Of a stretch of DNA of 64,000 nucleotides, positions 10,399 to 20,059 are shown one piece after another. The position numbers and the translations under genes were made by a program. Within the stretch, counting starts at the first letter, position 1, and the number at the start of each line of letters is the position of its first letter. Source of the stretch: an uncultured virus (IMG/VR IMGVR_UViG_3300028572_000010) (lineage: Duplodnaviria > Heunggongvirae > Uroviricota > Caudoviricetes); IMG/VR virus record IMGVR_UViG_3300028572_000010, positions 1 to 64,000 of that record. One strand, 5' to 3'. The notes under the pieces are model-generated. The model was not told where the DNA came from. It worked only from the letters and a program-made list of their open reading frames with translations, and searched no databases.

Positions 10399-11199
10399 TT
10401 ATAATGATTGTGGAGCATTCAGCCTAGGTTGTAAACTATTTTGTTGAGTTTGTTGGGTAGCTTGGGCTGTGGCTGCGGTATTTTTCATAATACTATACAC
10501 CAAACCTATCAAAGCTGTTCCACCTATCACACTAGCCAGAGTCTGCCAATTATTCTTTAACCACTGACCACTAAGTTCTCCAGCCCTCCCTAACATAGAA
10601 TTAGTGACTAGAGACTTTATTTTAGGATCTTGCATCATCACACTAGATAATGTTTTATGATCTCCAGTTAGGCCTTGTTTAGCAGCACTACCTAAATCAG
10701 ACCAGGAAGCATTACTAAAACTGGATTTAGCTCCTCTCTCTATCTGACTACTTAAGAATTTGGCTAAATCTGGATGATAAGTACCTATAGTATTTATTGC
10801 TACTGCTTGCTGTTCAGGAGGTAAATTTTGAAAACTAGTAAATACATCATTAAGTTTACCTTGATTATCAGCTAATGAAGCACTATTTATAGGATGTGCT
10901 AGTATCTGTGAAAATGAAGGAGTGACTGTATTTTTAAATTGCTCAGGAGTAGTGGAAGCTAATTGATTATCTGGTATACTACTAATAGATTTCTCTATAT
11001 TAGGCAAAGCTGATTCTACTTTAGGATAAACACTTTCAAAATCATTTATTGTATGCTGAGTTTGAGAGAGAAGAGGTGCCTTAATACCTGAGATAACTGG
11101 ACTAGGAGCTGAAGGTGTTATTTGAGGTGTAGGAGGAGTTACTTGAGCAAACTTATTTATCTCACTAAGTACTCCTCTATAAAAAGCATTATTTTGCAT
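10399..11199 (-). CDS. Putative internal virion protein (FxxG..KxA N-terminus, C-terminal TM)
   Basis: Starts MQNNAFYRGVLSEINKFA; hydrophobic segment LASVIGGTALIGLVYSI. Confidence 0.55.
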   Translation of the reverse strand: MQNNAFYRGVLSEINKFAQVTPPTPQITPSAPSPVISGIKAPLLSQTQHTINDFESVYPKVESALPNIEKSISSIPDNQLASTTPEQFKNTVTPSFSQILAHPINSASLADNQGKLNDVFTSFQNLPPEQQAVAINTIGTYHPDLAKFLSSQIERGAKSSFSNASWSDLGSAAKQGLTGDHKTLSSVMMQDPKIKSLVTNSMLGRAGELSGQWLKNNWQTLASVIGGTALIGLVYSIMKNTAATAQATQQTQQNSLQPRLNAPQSL

Positions 11200-12157
11200 A
11201 TTCAACACCTACAGGATATTGAGCTTTTTCTTCCTTCTCTTTTTTCTTTAGATGATTATTTAATAGTATACCGAATGTACCAGCTGTACCTAAACCAGCT
11301 AATGCCTTCCAAGTATCTTTAGTCTGTCCCCAATAATTACCAGTAAGCTTGTTTACAAATGCATTACCACCTTTAGAAGCTTTATTAGATAAACTATCTT
11401 CAGCACTTAACAAGCTAGCATCATCAGTAGGGAGATTCTTCATAATAGTACTACTATCAATACCAGGTACTGCTGAGGGAGCAAATCCCATAGCATTTGG
11501 TGCATTTTCTGTTAAAGATTTAGTAGTTGGTTCTACATAATTATCAGCCACACCTAATGCACCTAAACCTGCGATAGGGGTAACCCATTTATGTTGATTA
11601 GTGAAACCTTTTACAGCATTAAGACCTGGTACTTTATTTATCAGACCTTTTGTCAAACTAAGTAAAGAAGCAGCTTCTTTATCCAATTCTTCTGCAGCAG
11701 CTTTACAGAATGCATCTACTAATGGTGTTTCTTCACTCATTTTATTCATTTGTTGAGCTAGCATTAACTGCTTAGTATAATTCTTTTTAGCTTCGGCTAT
11801 CTGAGCATTTCCTTGATTCTCCTGATATTTGTCATAAAGCGCTTTAGTTCCTAAGAATCCTATAGGCAAACCTACTAAGGCTGAGAGAGGAGAAACATAC
11901 CAATCAGGCTGCATTGGTTCTGCTGATTTACCGAAACCTTGTAATGGACCAGCTTCCCCAGGAGTTACTGAAGCAATTCCATTATTTTCCGGTAATTGTA
12001 GCTTGATTTTATTTTGCTCTACTTTAGGTGGATTTAATTTACTCCCCATATCTGTGAGCAACCTTAGTCCGGCAAATACACTTCCGCCACCCAAAGCAGA
12101 TAACAACATCAATTCTGGGGGAGTATAGCCTGAAGCTTTCTTTAAAATTTCATTCAT
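11189..12157 (-). CDS. Putative internal virion protein with Gly-rich hydrophobic segments
   Basis: 322 aa; KKA, KSA and KEA motifs; several GxxxG segments. Confidence 0.55.
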   Translation of the reverse strand: MNEILKKASGYTPPELMLLSALGGGSVFAGLRLLTDMGSKLNPPKVEQNKIKLQLPENNGIASVTPGEAGPLQGFGKSAEPMQPDWYVSPLSALVGLPIGFLGTKALYDKYQENQGNAQIAEAKKNYTKQLMLAQQMNKMSEETPLVDAFCKAAAEELDKEAASLLSLTKGLINKVPGLNAVKGFTNQHKWVTPIAGLGALGVADNYVEPTTKSLTENAPNAMGFAPSAVPGIDSSTIMKNLPTDDASLLSAEDSLSNKASKGGNAFVNKLTGNYWGQTKDTWKALAGLGTAGTFGILLNNHLKKKEKEEKAQYPVGVEYAK

Positions 12158-12558
12158 ATATTGTTTTCCTTCTCTTTCTCCAACTCTGCTTTAACATCCA
12201 GGTTTTCAACATATTCAACAAACATTACCAAATCTCCTTTATGGGTCCAATTATCAGACCGATTCAAAACTCTATATCTTCTAGAGTTATTATATAAATC
12301 TTGTAATAATTGAGCATGTTCATCATCACTACATGGTTTTAAAAATATACACTTATAGATCTCATTAGGAATAGGTACATTATTTGATTTTATACCTAGT
12401 TGAGTTTCAAAAGCATCAAGTATCTTATCCGGGTCACTACTTTTAAATAAATCTTTCTGAATCTGTTCTTCAGACTTTGGTTCCCAAGGTACCTCACTCA
12501 ATGTTCCTTGCAGCATGAAGTCTTCACGATTCTTAATCTCAATATTTTTCTTAGGCAT
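12154..12558 (-). CDS. Hypothetical protein
   Basis: 134-aa ORF with a 4-bp overlap to its neighbour. Confidence 0.65.
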   Translation of the reverse strand: MPKKNIEIKNREDFMLQGTLSEVPWEPKSEEQIQKDLFKSSDPDKILDAFETQLGIKSNNVPIPNEIYKCIFLKPCSDDEHAQLLQDLYNNSRRYRVLNRSDNWTHKGDLVMFVEYVENLDVKAELEKEKENNI

Positions 12559-12560
12559 AA

Positions 12561-12899
12561 TTATAGAGTTGAAGGGTTTTTAATATGTTCTATTAAAGAT
12601 CTGGTAGCTTCTTCGTATTGTTGTTTTTCCCTGATTTTCTTTAATTGTTGATTAGTACTATCCTCATTAGCCTGCAACCCCATATAAGCACCAGTACCTC
12701 CTAATGCACCTACCGCTAATGCTGAGGCTCCGTAAAGATTTAATAGACCTTTACCTACATTAGTGAACGATTCTGGTGAAAAGAACAAGCCACCTCCACC
12801 AGCCTCTTTACTCAAGGCTCTCTCCAAGTCTAACAATGTCTTACCTTCTTTAGCTAATTCAGCAGAGATTGCTTCTTTTATCAATTCAGCTTTATTCAT
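12561..12899 (-). CDS. Glycine-zipper putative virion protein
   Basis: LSKEAGGG; ALAVGALGGTGAY. Confidence 0.55.
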   Translation of the reverse strand: MNKAELIKEAISAELAKEGKTLLDLERALSKEAGGGGLFFSPESFTNVGKGLLNLYGASALAVGALGGTGAYMGLQANEDSTNQQLKKIREKQQYEEATRSLIEHIKNPSTL

Positions 12900-12902
12900 A
12901 TA

Positions 12903-13205
12903 TTAATATTTATCAGTATCAATCTTATAAGTTCTAGTCTTGTCATCGTAATTAGCAAACTTACTACGATGATAATAATCATAAATCACACTACCCAGAC
13001 CAAAACCTAATAGTGTTAACAATACTTGGGTAGTCTTGCTTAAATCATTAAATTTAGCAACTACCAATCCTATAGCGGAACCAGCTACACTAGATAATAA
13101 CTTTTCAAGTTTCTGTTTATTCTCTGCTTGATTCAATTCCTGTTTCTGCTCACTACTCAGGTTATTATCATTATTAACCAGATTCATTATAGTATCAATA
13201 TCCAT
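12903..13205 (-). CDS. Small two-TM membrane protein
   Basis: SSVAGSAIGLVVA and LLTLLGFGLGSVIY. Confidence 0.6.
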   Translation of the reverse strand: MDIDTIMNLVNNDNNLSSEQKQELNQAENKQKLEKLLSSVAGSAIGLVVAKFNDLSKTTQVLLTLLGFGLGSVIYDYYHRSKFANYDDKTRTYKIDTDKY

Positions 13206-13209
13206 TTAA

Positions 13210-14121
13210 TTAAGGAAATATGTTTAATTTAGGATCATTAATAGCGTTAGGTAGCATCTGTCTACCAGCTATATTTAAACCAGCCATACCTAGAGCTGGT
13301 AACATCACTCTTTTACCAAGTTTTCCACCTTCTGCATCTTCTTCAGCATTTTCTTGAGTCGTATTTAACAGATTACGTTTAGCTAAATGATATAATAAAC
13401 CACTACCAGCACCTATCCCACTAGCTAGCAAGGCATTACCGGCTATAGTTCCTGCACCCTCAGTAGATATTGGACCGTTATCTGATTGTTGTACTGGTAC
13501 TTCTCCACCAATTCTACCAGGTAATAGAGGAAGTTTAGTAATTCCATTAGCCAATCCTTGCACTCCTCTACCTATTACATGATTGGCATTATCAAAAAAA
13601 CTTGGTCCATCACCTTCTTTAATGAATTCCTCCAACTCTTTTAACATACCTTCTTTTACTTTTTCCAAGTTTACATTAAGAGGAGTAACTGTTTCTTTTA
13701 GTTGGGCTTTGACTTTTCTAGGTTTAGGAATAGCTTTCCATTTACTATCTCCCTGATGTTTTAAAGTATAGGTTGGATTATTTCGTCCTTCTTGCAAAGT
13801 AAAATATATACTACCTGGATCTGATCTATGTACCTGAGCCCTACCCTTAATCTTAGCATTGGAAAATACATTAGGTAGTGGTGCTTCTGGCATCTTCTCC
13901 AATTCTGTATCATACTCACTTAGATCACCTTTAAAACTATAAGTATGAGTACCATCAGAGAAATGTATATTACCATTATCCTTGGCGAACTGCCAGGTAG
14001 ATTGAGAAGTGTTGTGAGGGAATAAATCACCACTCTTCATTTCAAAGATATTGTTACCTTGTTTATATAGTGCCAGGATATCTTTAACACCTTCACTAAA
14101 ATCATTAATATCTAGTTTCAT
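13210..14121 (-). CDS. Hypothetical virion protein with C-terminal glycine zipper
   Basis: 303 aa; ALLASGIGAGSGLLY. Confidence 0.55.
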   Translation of the reverse strand: MKLDINDFSEGVKDILALYKQGNNIFEMKSGDLFPHNTSQSTWQFAKDNGNIHFSDGTHTYSFKGDLSEYDTELEKMPEAPLPNVFSNAKIKGRAQVHRSDPGSIYFTLQEGRNNPTYTLKHQGDSKWKAIPKPRKVKAQLKETVTPLNVNLEKVKEGMLKELEEFIKEGDGPSFFDNANHVIGRGVQGLANGITKLPLLPGRIGGEVPVQQSDNGPISTEGAGTIAGNALLASGIGAGSGLLYHLAKRNLLNTTQENAEEDAEGGKLGKRVMLPALGMAGLNIAGRQMLPNAINDPKLNIFP

Positions 14122-14330
14122 ATAGTTCTGGTAAACCCTGGGCTGTTTGTCTGTATATTAGGTGTCATACCGCCAATACTAGGAACAGGACTAGGTCGTG
14201 GGGCAGGATTAGGAGGAGGTAATGAAGCTGATTGTGGAGCTGGATTTGTATTACTAAAACTTGTATTTGGTTGATTAGCGAAACCAAACTCATTAGCTTC
14301 TTTAAGGATTTGTGTAAGATATAGAAACAT
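14118..14330 (-). CDS. Small Pro-rich protein (start revised to MFLYL)
   Basis: LKEA motif followed by a Pro-rich tail; fills the gap between neighbours. Confidence 0.5.
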   Translation of the reverse strand: MFLYLTQILKEANEFGFANQPNTSFSNTNPAPQSASLPPPNPAPRPSPVPSIGGMTPNIQTNSPGFTRTI

Positions 14331-14334
14331 ATGA

Positions 14335-15096
14335 TTATTTATGTGGTACTGTATTTGTTGCATTATTAACAGGACTAATAGGTTTAACATTAGGAATACT
14401 ATTAGTAGGAGCTGAGGTAGGAGTTGGTTCTATAACACCATGACTCTGATTACTAGGAGCACTAGTAGGTAGATCGTCAGGACCATGATTCAGACTACTA
14501 GGAGCCCTGTCTGGAAGTTCTTGAGGAGGAGGAGTAGGTTTGGGAACTCCATCTCCAGAATTAAACATATCTCTAATACCTTGATTACCTAAGAATGCTC
14601 CTGAAGCTGCACCACCTAAACCACCCAGCATCAGACCAGACATTGGATGACCTAGCAATGCACCAATTAATAGTCCTCCTAAACCACCACCCATACTACC
14701 AGAGAGTAGACTAGATAATAGGTTTGGATTGTTATGTAATGCTTGCTGTATAAATTGAGGCATCCAGGATTGATGCTCCAGCCAATTTTGACCCTGGCTT
14801 AATCCTCCATTATTAAGTCCGCCTAGGAAGTTTTCATAACCTTTCTCAGTATCTTGTAAATCTGCTTGTTTATGTATTTGAGGTAGTAGTTGAGTAAATC
14901 TAATAATCTCATTAGCTAGCTTAACCTTGTATTGAGGGTCACCAGATTCTTTAGCTAGTACGTCAAAGGCTTGCGTCCAAATATCTACTATTTCATCAGC
15001 TTGCTTAATATAGCCTTTGAGGAAATCTACGTCACACTTCTCTTCTTCAGCCAGCTTTAAGAAACCGCTTACAAATTCATTATATAAGTTACTCAT
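14335..15096 (-). CDS. FxxGFxKxA-tag glycine-zipper protein
   Basis: Starts MSNLYNEFVSGFLKLA; contains GGGLGGLLIGALLG..GGLGGAASG. Confidence 0.6.
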   Translation of the reverse strand: MSNLYNEFVSGFLKLAEEEKCDVDFLKGYIKQADEIVDIWTQAFDVLAKESGDPQYKVKLANEIIRFTQLLPQIHKQADLQDTEKGYENFLGGLNNGGLSQGQNWLEHQSWMPQFIQQALHNNPNLLSSLLSGSMGGGLGGLLIGALLGHPMSGLMLGGLGGAASGAFLGNQGIRDMFNSGDGVPKPTPPPQELPDRAPSSLNHGPDDLPTSAPSNQSHGVIEPTPTSAPTNSIPNVKPISPVNNATNTVPHK

Positions 15097-15098
15097 AA

Positions 15099-16118
15099 TT
15101 ATTTGGTTAACTCTGCCTCTCTACGTACTTGTTCTAGTAAATGTGCAATAGTCTGAAAATTCTCAGTATTTCCTTTATTAGACCAAGGAGTAGGGTTATA
15201 ACCTATATTAGCTAATGTACCAGGACTTGTCACTAGATTATTTGATCCAGAACTAAAGAAACTATTTAATCTTTGTTTAGCATCATTGATTAAGGCCGGA
15301 TCGCCAGACCTTAGTTCCTGTCTTATACCAGGGTTATTCTTAGTACCTACTAGACTATCTGCTACACTACCTAGCAAATCTGAATGTTGTTGAGCTTTAT
15401 CTCCTCCTTCATTTAATAAAGCTTGAACTGCAGCCCCACCAGATAACGGTACAGCAGCTACACTACCAGCAGCAGCAGTCATGGCTCGAGGTGCAGCAAA
15501 ACCTGGTAAGAAGCTTTGTATAGCTGGGGCAGTACTTCTAAGAGCTGATGGTAGTAGTTTGGAGGCAAGGTTGGTTATTGGTCTCATAGATACTGATCTA
15601 CCTAGACTACCAAATCCACCCATAGGAACAGATTTACCAGCCAAACCTAAACCACCTAATACTGCTTGAGATGCACCACCTACACCTTGAACTGCTCTTA
15701 AACCAGGACTTAAGTTATCAGGATTTGAAACACTATCATATATATTATTAATTCCACTAAGAGCATCAACTCCACCAGATACTCCATTAAGGCCCCATTT
15801 CTTTACAGCCAAACCACCTAAACCTGCTCCAACTCCAGTAGCTATTCCATTATTCAAAGAGTTAAATGAGGTAGGGGCAGGAGTGGTAGGAGTGGTAGGA
15901 GTAGAGGTAGTAATTGATTGGGTTGGGCTTGTTGCAGGATTATCAAAATATCTATTCAATCCATAAGTACCTAGAGCGCCAGCACCAATACCTAATCCTC
16001 CTAATACATAAGGATTCTGATACCAATGTTTTTTAGATGGTTCTTTAGCTAGTTCAGATAGTTTGGTTAGTTTGGTTAACTCAGCTAGTAAACCTTTATA
16101 GAAGGATGTTTTATTCAT
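15099..16118 (-). CDS. Gly-rich putative internal virion protein
   Basis: Starts MNKTSFYKGLL; multiple glycine zippers. Confidence 0.55.
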   Translation of the reverse strand: MNKTSFYKGLLAELTKLTKLSELAKEPSKKHWYQNPYVLGGLGIGAGALGTYGLNRYFDNPATSPTQSITTSTPTTPTTPAPTSFNSLNNGIATGVGAGLGGLAVKKWGLNGVSGGVDALSGINNIYDSVSNPDNLSPGLRAVQGVGGASQAVLGGLGLAGKSVPMGGFGSLGRSVSMRPITNLASKLLPSALRSTAPAIQSFLPGFAAPRAMTAAAGSVAAVPLSGGAAVQALLNEGGDKAQQHSDLLGSVADSLVGTKNNPGIRQELRSGDPALINDAKQRLNSFFSSGSNNLVTSPGTLANIGYNPTPWSNKGNTENFQTIAHLLEQVRREAELTK

Positions 16119-16924
16119 TGAGAACGAAGTAAATGCAGGGCTACAGTTGACTTTAATTCATTATATTTGATTAATTCTAAAGAGTCTAAAGAATCTATAT
16201 GTTTGATCAATTCATTAACACGATAATGCCAGGAATTACCTAGTACATCTCTTAAAACCATATTATAGGATTCACTAGTTAATTGCAAGCCTTCAGCAAA
16301 TGACTTGAGCTTATTACGGTATGCTTTAGTATACTTATTTAATATCTGACATTTATCTACTACCGCCATACCCCAACTAAAGAAGAATCTAATGTATTTA
16401 TCTCTCTTTTCTCTTTTATAAGGAACATTAGATACTAAATACCATTTATATGCAGTTAGATTCTTTCTAATAGGGGTTAGGAATATTCGACCTAAACCCA
16501 GCTTTTTACCTATACTCATTAGTTTACTATTAATAACTTGCCAGGTAGTAGGGAGGCTATTTCTATACTTCTTGGTATAATAGTTGTAGAATTTCAAGCT
16601 ATCCTTATCTTTAAAATGCTTATATAGATTGTAGTATCTTTCACTCTGTTCAAAAGCTACCCAGTCAAAGTTAGTGACAGGACCAGGCATCTCCACACCT
16701 ATATGAGCATGTAGTTTACCAGAATCAGACCTGGTTACGATAGAGACTCCTTTACTAAACAACTTCTTTAAGCAGGCATTCAGCTTATTTAACTTGTTAG
16801 GAAATTCACCGTCATACTGATCAGACCTTTTAGCCGTAACCAGTATATCTCCAACCAAGTTCTGAGCTGATAGTTGGTCAATACTATAGACTAATTTAGA
16901 GATGATCTGACTACGTGAATACAT
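16115..16924 (-). CDS. HUH-motif rolling-circle Rep-like protein (possibly degenerate)
   Basis: TRSDSGKLHAHI (HUH motif); LGLGRIFLTPI..AYKWYLVS (motif III-like region). Confidence 0.5.
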   Translation of the reverse strand: MYSRSQIISKLVYSIDQLSAQNLVGDILVTAKRSDQYDGEFPNKLNKLNACLKKLFSKGVSIVTRSDSGKLHAHIGVEMPGPVTNFDWVAFEQSERYYNLYKHFKDKDSLKFYNYYTKKYRNSLPTTWQVINSKLMSIGKKLGLGRIFLTPIRKNLTAYKWYLVSNVPYKREKRDKYIRFFFSWGMAVVDKCQILNKYTKAYRNKLKSFAEGLQLTSESYNMVLRDVLGNSWHYRVNELIKHIDSLDSLELIKYNELKSTVALHLLRSQ

Positions 16925-17059
16925 TTAGATAAATAAAGAGTTTAGAGGTATACGGATTATTGTCAATTACTATTAGCTAAAAAAAGGAAACACATGAGAT
17001 ATTTCCTTCTAAAAGAATGACCTAAGAGAGCCTTATTAGAAGAAATAAGAGGTCATATT

Positions 17060-17455
17060 TTATAGTTCAAGTTCTAGCCTTCTATCATTAATATTCAGTT
17101 CTGGTCTAGTATCATTTTGAATTATTTTAGGTCTGGGCGATGGTTCACAATCTATTAAATTAGTACAATTACTGCAACTACTACACTCACTACAAGTAAT
17201 ACAATTAATACACGCAATACAATCACTACAATCATCACAATAACTACAATCAATACAATCTCTACAATCAATACAATTACTACAATTATAACAATCTCTA
17301 CAACCATTACAACCACTACAACCACTACAAGCATTACAATCTCTACAATTATAACAATTAGTTAAGGTAGGTGAATATGTAGTAGCTGATTCTTCTGTAG
17401 ACCAACTATTATCGTTTTCGTCATACCATCTATCAGCTCTTTTTGTTAGTTTCAT
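17060..17455 (-). CDS. Cys-rich (Cxx)n repeat protein
   Basis: NCYNCRDCNACSGCSGC... encoded by a 9-nt periodic tract. Confidence 0.75.
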   Translation of the reverse strand: MKLTKRADRWYDENDNSWSTEESATTYSPTLTNCYNCRDCNACSGCSGCNGCRDCYNCSNCIDCRDCIDCSYCDDCSDCIACINCITCSECSSCSNCTNLIDCEPSPRPKIIQNDTRPELNINDRRLELEL

Positions 17456-17589
17456 AAGTCATCAAAGCGTTTATTTTCAATGTCAGAATTAATATCCCTA
17501 CGTCTTTTACTTTCACTTCTGATATAGGTGGACCAGAACCAATAGCTGAGCAGGGAGACTACCAGGATTAAAGGTATGAATAATCTCAT
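17452..17589 (-). CDS. Small membrane protein (45 aa, not in track)
   Basis: MRLFIPLILVVSLLSYWFWSTYIR...; ATGA overlaps with both neighbours. Confidence 0.6.
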   Translation of the reverse strand: MRLFIPLILVVSLLSYWFWSTYIRSESKRRRDINSDIENKRFDDL

Positions 17590-17954
17590 AATTTAGGACA
17601 GATAGTATCAACGTAAATACAGTATATGCCAGGAATTGCAGCCACTACTTGATTATATAAGGATTTCAATTCATTTTCACAGTAAGTTCTATTACAGGTA
17701 ATTATAGTATCGCCGTAGTGACTAGTATCAAATCCTATCCACCACAATGTTGTATCATATATATTATTAGGTAAATACGGGTTGGAATAAGTAAGCCCAC
17801 CGTGAATGGAAACGTCAAGATTAGTATAATACTTACCGAACCAAGGATGTTCAGGAGGCATACCTACATAACCATTAGCATATCCACCACTTAAACTAAG
17901 AGGTAGCTCCATAATACTGCGTTCAATCAATACTTTCTTAATCTTATCTTTCAT
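17586..17954 (-). CDS. Conserved phage hypothetical protein (HGGLTY / WWIGFDxxH family)
   Basis: GYANGYVGMPPEHPW...HGGLTYS...WWIGFDTSHYGD. Confidence 0.75.
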   Translation of the reverse strand: MKDKIKKVLIERSIMELPLSLSGGYANGYVGMPPEHPWFGKYYTNLDVSIHGGLTYSNPYLPNNIYDTTLWWIGFDTSHYGDTIITCNRTYCENELKSLYNQVVAAIPGIYCIYVDTICPKL

Positions 17955-18307
17955 AATATCAGTTGTTTAAGTAGTTCGTATTCATGTTCAGTTAGCAGAT
18001 TAATAACTCTGCTTCCTCGTTGATATGTAAGCGTCTCGGCCAAGTTCTGACTATTCTTTATATATACTAGTATTCTTACCCACTTAGTTCTTTTACTAGT
18101 AGGTAGAGTTCGCCAGTAATCACCTAGATTAACAGTATCCCGTTCCAGGTTATTTACTATACTATTAATAACTATAAAAGAATCAATTAATATAGTATGG
18201 CTGAAATTACTTATAGCTAGTTTACATAAGGCTTTAATTAGTAGTAGTTTGGCCTCACTACTTAAATTGAGGATAAATGGTTCATTAAAGATAGGATTGT
18301 TATTCAT
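17951..18307 (-). CDS. Hypothetical protein, paralog 1 of a tandem triplet
   Basis: LSSEAKLLLIKAL...YIKN...LTEHEYELLKQLI. Confidence 0.55.
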   Translation of the reverse strand: MNNNPIFNEPFILNLSSEAKLLLIKALCKLAISNFSHTILIDSFIVINSIVNNLERDTVNLGDYWRTLPTSKRTKWVRILVYIKNSQNLAETLTYQRGSRVINLLTEHEYELLKQLIL

Positions 18308-18615
18308 ATAATTGATTTCAGTAGTTTTATATGTTTCTTAGTAAAATATATATTGATATTAGGATCAGCCTCTAGTTCATCTTCTTTAATGTAAGTTAGG
18401 AGCTTTTTATAATATCCTGTTATCGGATACCAGTCTGAGCTAGGAAAAGATAATGCATGTACTACGGTTAATAGTGATACTTTATCTTTATTACTTCTAC
18501 CAGTATTAACTAGAATGGTATCAAAGAATATATTAGTTAAACTATAAATAAGGTCTAGTCTATCAGTTTTGGATATTAGCTTGATTTTGTTCGGTAGTAA
18601 GGTCATGGAATTCAA
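18304..18615 (-). CDS. Hypothetical protein, paralog 2
   Basis: ISKTDRLDLIYSL...YIKE...FTKKHIKLLKSII; the start codon is uncertain. Confidence 0.5.
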   Translation of the reverse strand: MNSMTLLPNKIKLISKTDRLDLIYSLTNIFFDTILVNTGRSNKDKVSLLTVVHALSFPSSDWYPITGYYKKLLTYIKEDELEADPNINIYFTKKHIKLLKSII

Positions 18616-18910
18616 TCAGGTTGGAGAGGATTTGCATGTCAGTTTCGGTTAAGTATTGGTTAGCATTAATATATACTCTATCTTCAACTTTATTATTCTT
18701 AATACATTTAAATAGTTTATAAAAGAATCTACCAATCTCATAATAGGTAATATTAGTGGTAGCGCTAGTTAAGGCATGTATAAGAACGATTAAATAATAG
18801 TGAGTAGTTGAAGAGAGGGGGTATAGGAGGGTTAGTTTATTTATCAGGGTTAGTTTGTATTCTGGAGGTAGGGAGTGGTGGTTTATTGTAATTCGAGTTG
18901 TATGTTTCAT
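18563..18910 (-). CDS. Hypothetical protein, paralog 3
   Basis: LPPEYKLTLINKL...CIKN...LTETDMQILSNLI. Confidence 0.55.
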   Translation of the reverse strand: MKHTTRITINHHSLPPEYKLTLINKLTLLYPLSSTTHYYLIVLIHALTSATTNITYYEIGRFFYKLFKCIKNNKVEDRVYINANQYLTETDMQILSNLIEFHDLTTEQNQANIQN

Positions 18911-19080
18911 ATAGATAAAATAATACTACAGTTTGATATAATGAGTAATGTTTATAGGGTAAAGGTGAGGGTTAGGGGATGCAGAGAGGGGTGGAGGGAG
19001 GTGGATAGGAGGGTAAATGTGGTATATAAGGTAAAACAGTTACTTATAGTTAAAAATAAGTTAAATTATTTATTTTTAAG

Positions 19081-19121
19081 GAATTGGTAGAATAGCCAGA
19101 GTTGAACTATTCTACCAATTC
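19081..19121 (-). terminator. 15-bp perfect hairpin downstream of the Ser/Gly-repeat gene
   Basis: GAATTGGTAGAATAG-N11-CTATTCTACCAATTC. Confidence 0.55.
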
Positions 19122-19146
19122 AAATTGCTTACTTAATAGCACCTGC

Positions 19147-19462
19147 CCTTGACCCTGACCATTACGATGACCCTGCCCTTGACCCTGACCCTGACCCTGA
19201 CCATGACGATGACGATGACCCTGACCCTGACCCTGACCATGACCTTGTCCCTGACCATGACCTTGACCCTGACCATGACCTTGACCTTGACCCTGACCTT
19301 GACCTTGACACTGACTCTGACCCTGACCTTGACCATGACCTTGACCCTGACCCTGACCCTGACCCTGACCCTGACCCTGACCCTAACCTTGACCCTGACC
19401 CTGACCCTGACCCTGACCCTGACCCTAACCTTGACCTTGTCCCTGACCATGACCTTGACCCT
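19147..19462. repeat. Degenerate hexamer tandem repeat (TGACCC/TGACCT/TGACCA)n
   Basis: Directly visible; roughly 50 units. Confidence 0.95.
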
Positions 19463-19500
19463 GCGTTATCATATTGTGCTCGTAGTAAAGAAATGTTCAT
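19162..19500 (-). CDS. Ser/Arg/Gly dipeptide-repeat protein, copy 1
   Basis: MNISLLRAQYDNAG followed by SRSWSGSGS repeats; ATG preceded by an A/C-rich leader. Confidence 0.6.
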   Translation of the reverse strand: MNISLLRAQYDNAGSRSWSGTRSRLGSGSGSGSGSGSRLGSGSGSGSGSGSGSRSWSRSGSESVSRSRSGSRSRSWSGSRSWSGTRSWSGSGSGSSSSSWSGSGSGSRAGSS

Positions 19501-19621
19501 GTTGTTTGTTATTGTTAGCTGGCAAAAAAATTAGATGACAAAATAGTAAGTAAACTGCTTACTAAATATAATTAGGAGAGGCTGAAGACTATTCTTCTCC
19601 AACCCCTCCTATTAACTTCAC

Positions 19622-19984
19622 TTACTTGGTCTGGGTAGGTAACACCGGAATCATTACTGCATCCAAAATCGCAGCCCTACCAATAATCACTTTCTGGCAA
19701 GCCGGGTACATCTCAACTTCATTGAAATTACCAGAACTGACCGCTGCTGAAAACTTACCATCATCTGCAACCCATGCGGCCTGGGAGAGGACCAACTCAT
19801 GTTCCGATACCTGCTCTAACTGGCCGGTATAGTGATGGGTAACGGTCCGTACGAAATATTTATCACCGACTTGGTACGGATGGGAGTTATTTTCAGGAGC
19901 AGGTTTGGAACAGAGGTTTAACGACTGAGCAATTTTTGCCAGTTCCTTGACTTCCCCAATAGTTAGTTCATTAATGTTAATCAT
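19622..19984 (-). CDS. Conserved phage protein with a probable Sm/Hfq-like fold
   Basis: YFVRTVTHHYTGQLEQVSEHELVLSQAAWV (Sm1-like) ... KVIIGRAAILDA (Sm2-like). Confidence 0.55.
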   Translation of the reverse strand: MININELTIGEVKELAKIAQSLNLCSKPAPENNSHPYQVGDKYFVRTVTHHYTGQLEQVSEHELVLSQAAWVADDGKFSAAVSSGNFNEVEMYPACQKVIIGRAAILDAVMIPVLPTQTK

Positions 19985-20059
19985 ATTTTTGTTGTTGTTT
20001 GTTGTTTGTTGTTTGTTGTTTGTTGTTCGTTGGTAGAGTTGATCAGAACTTTATTATTT

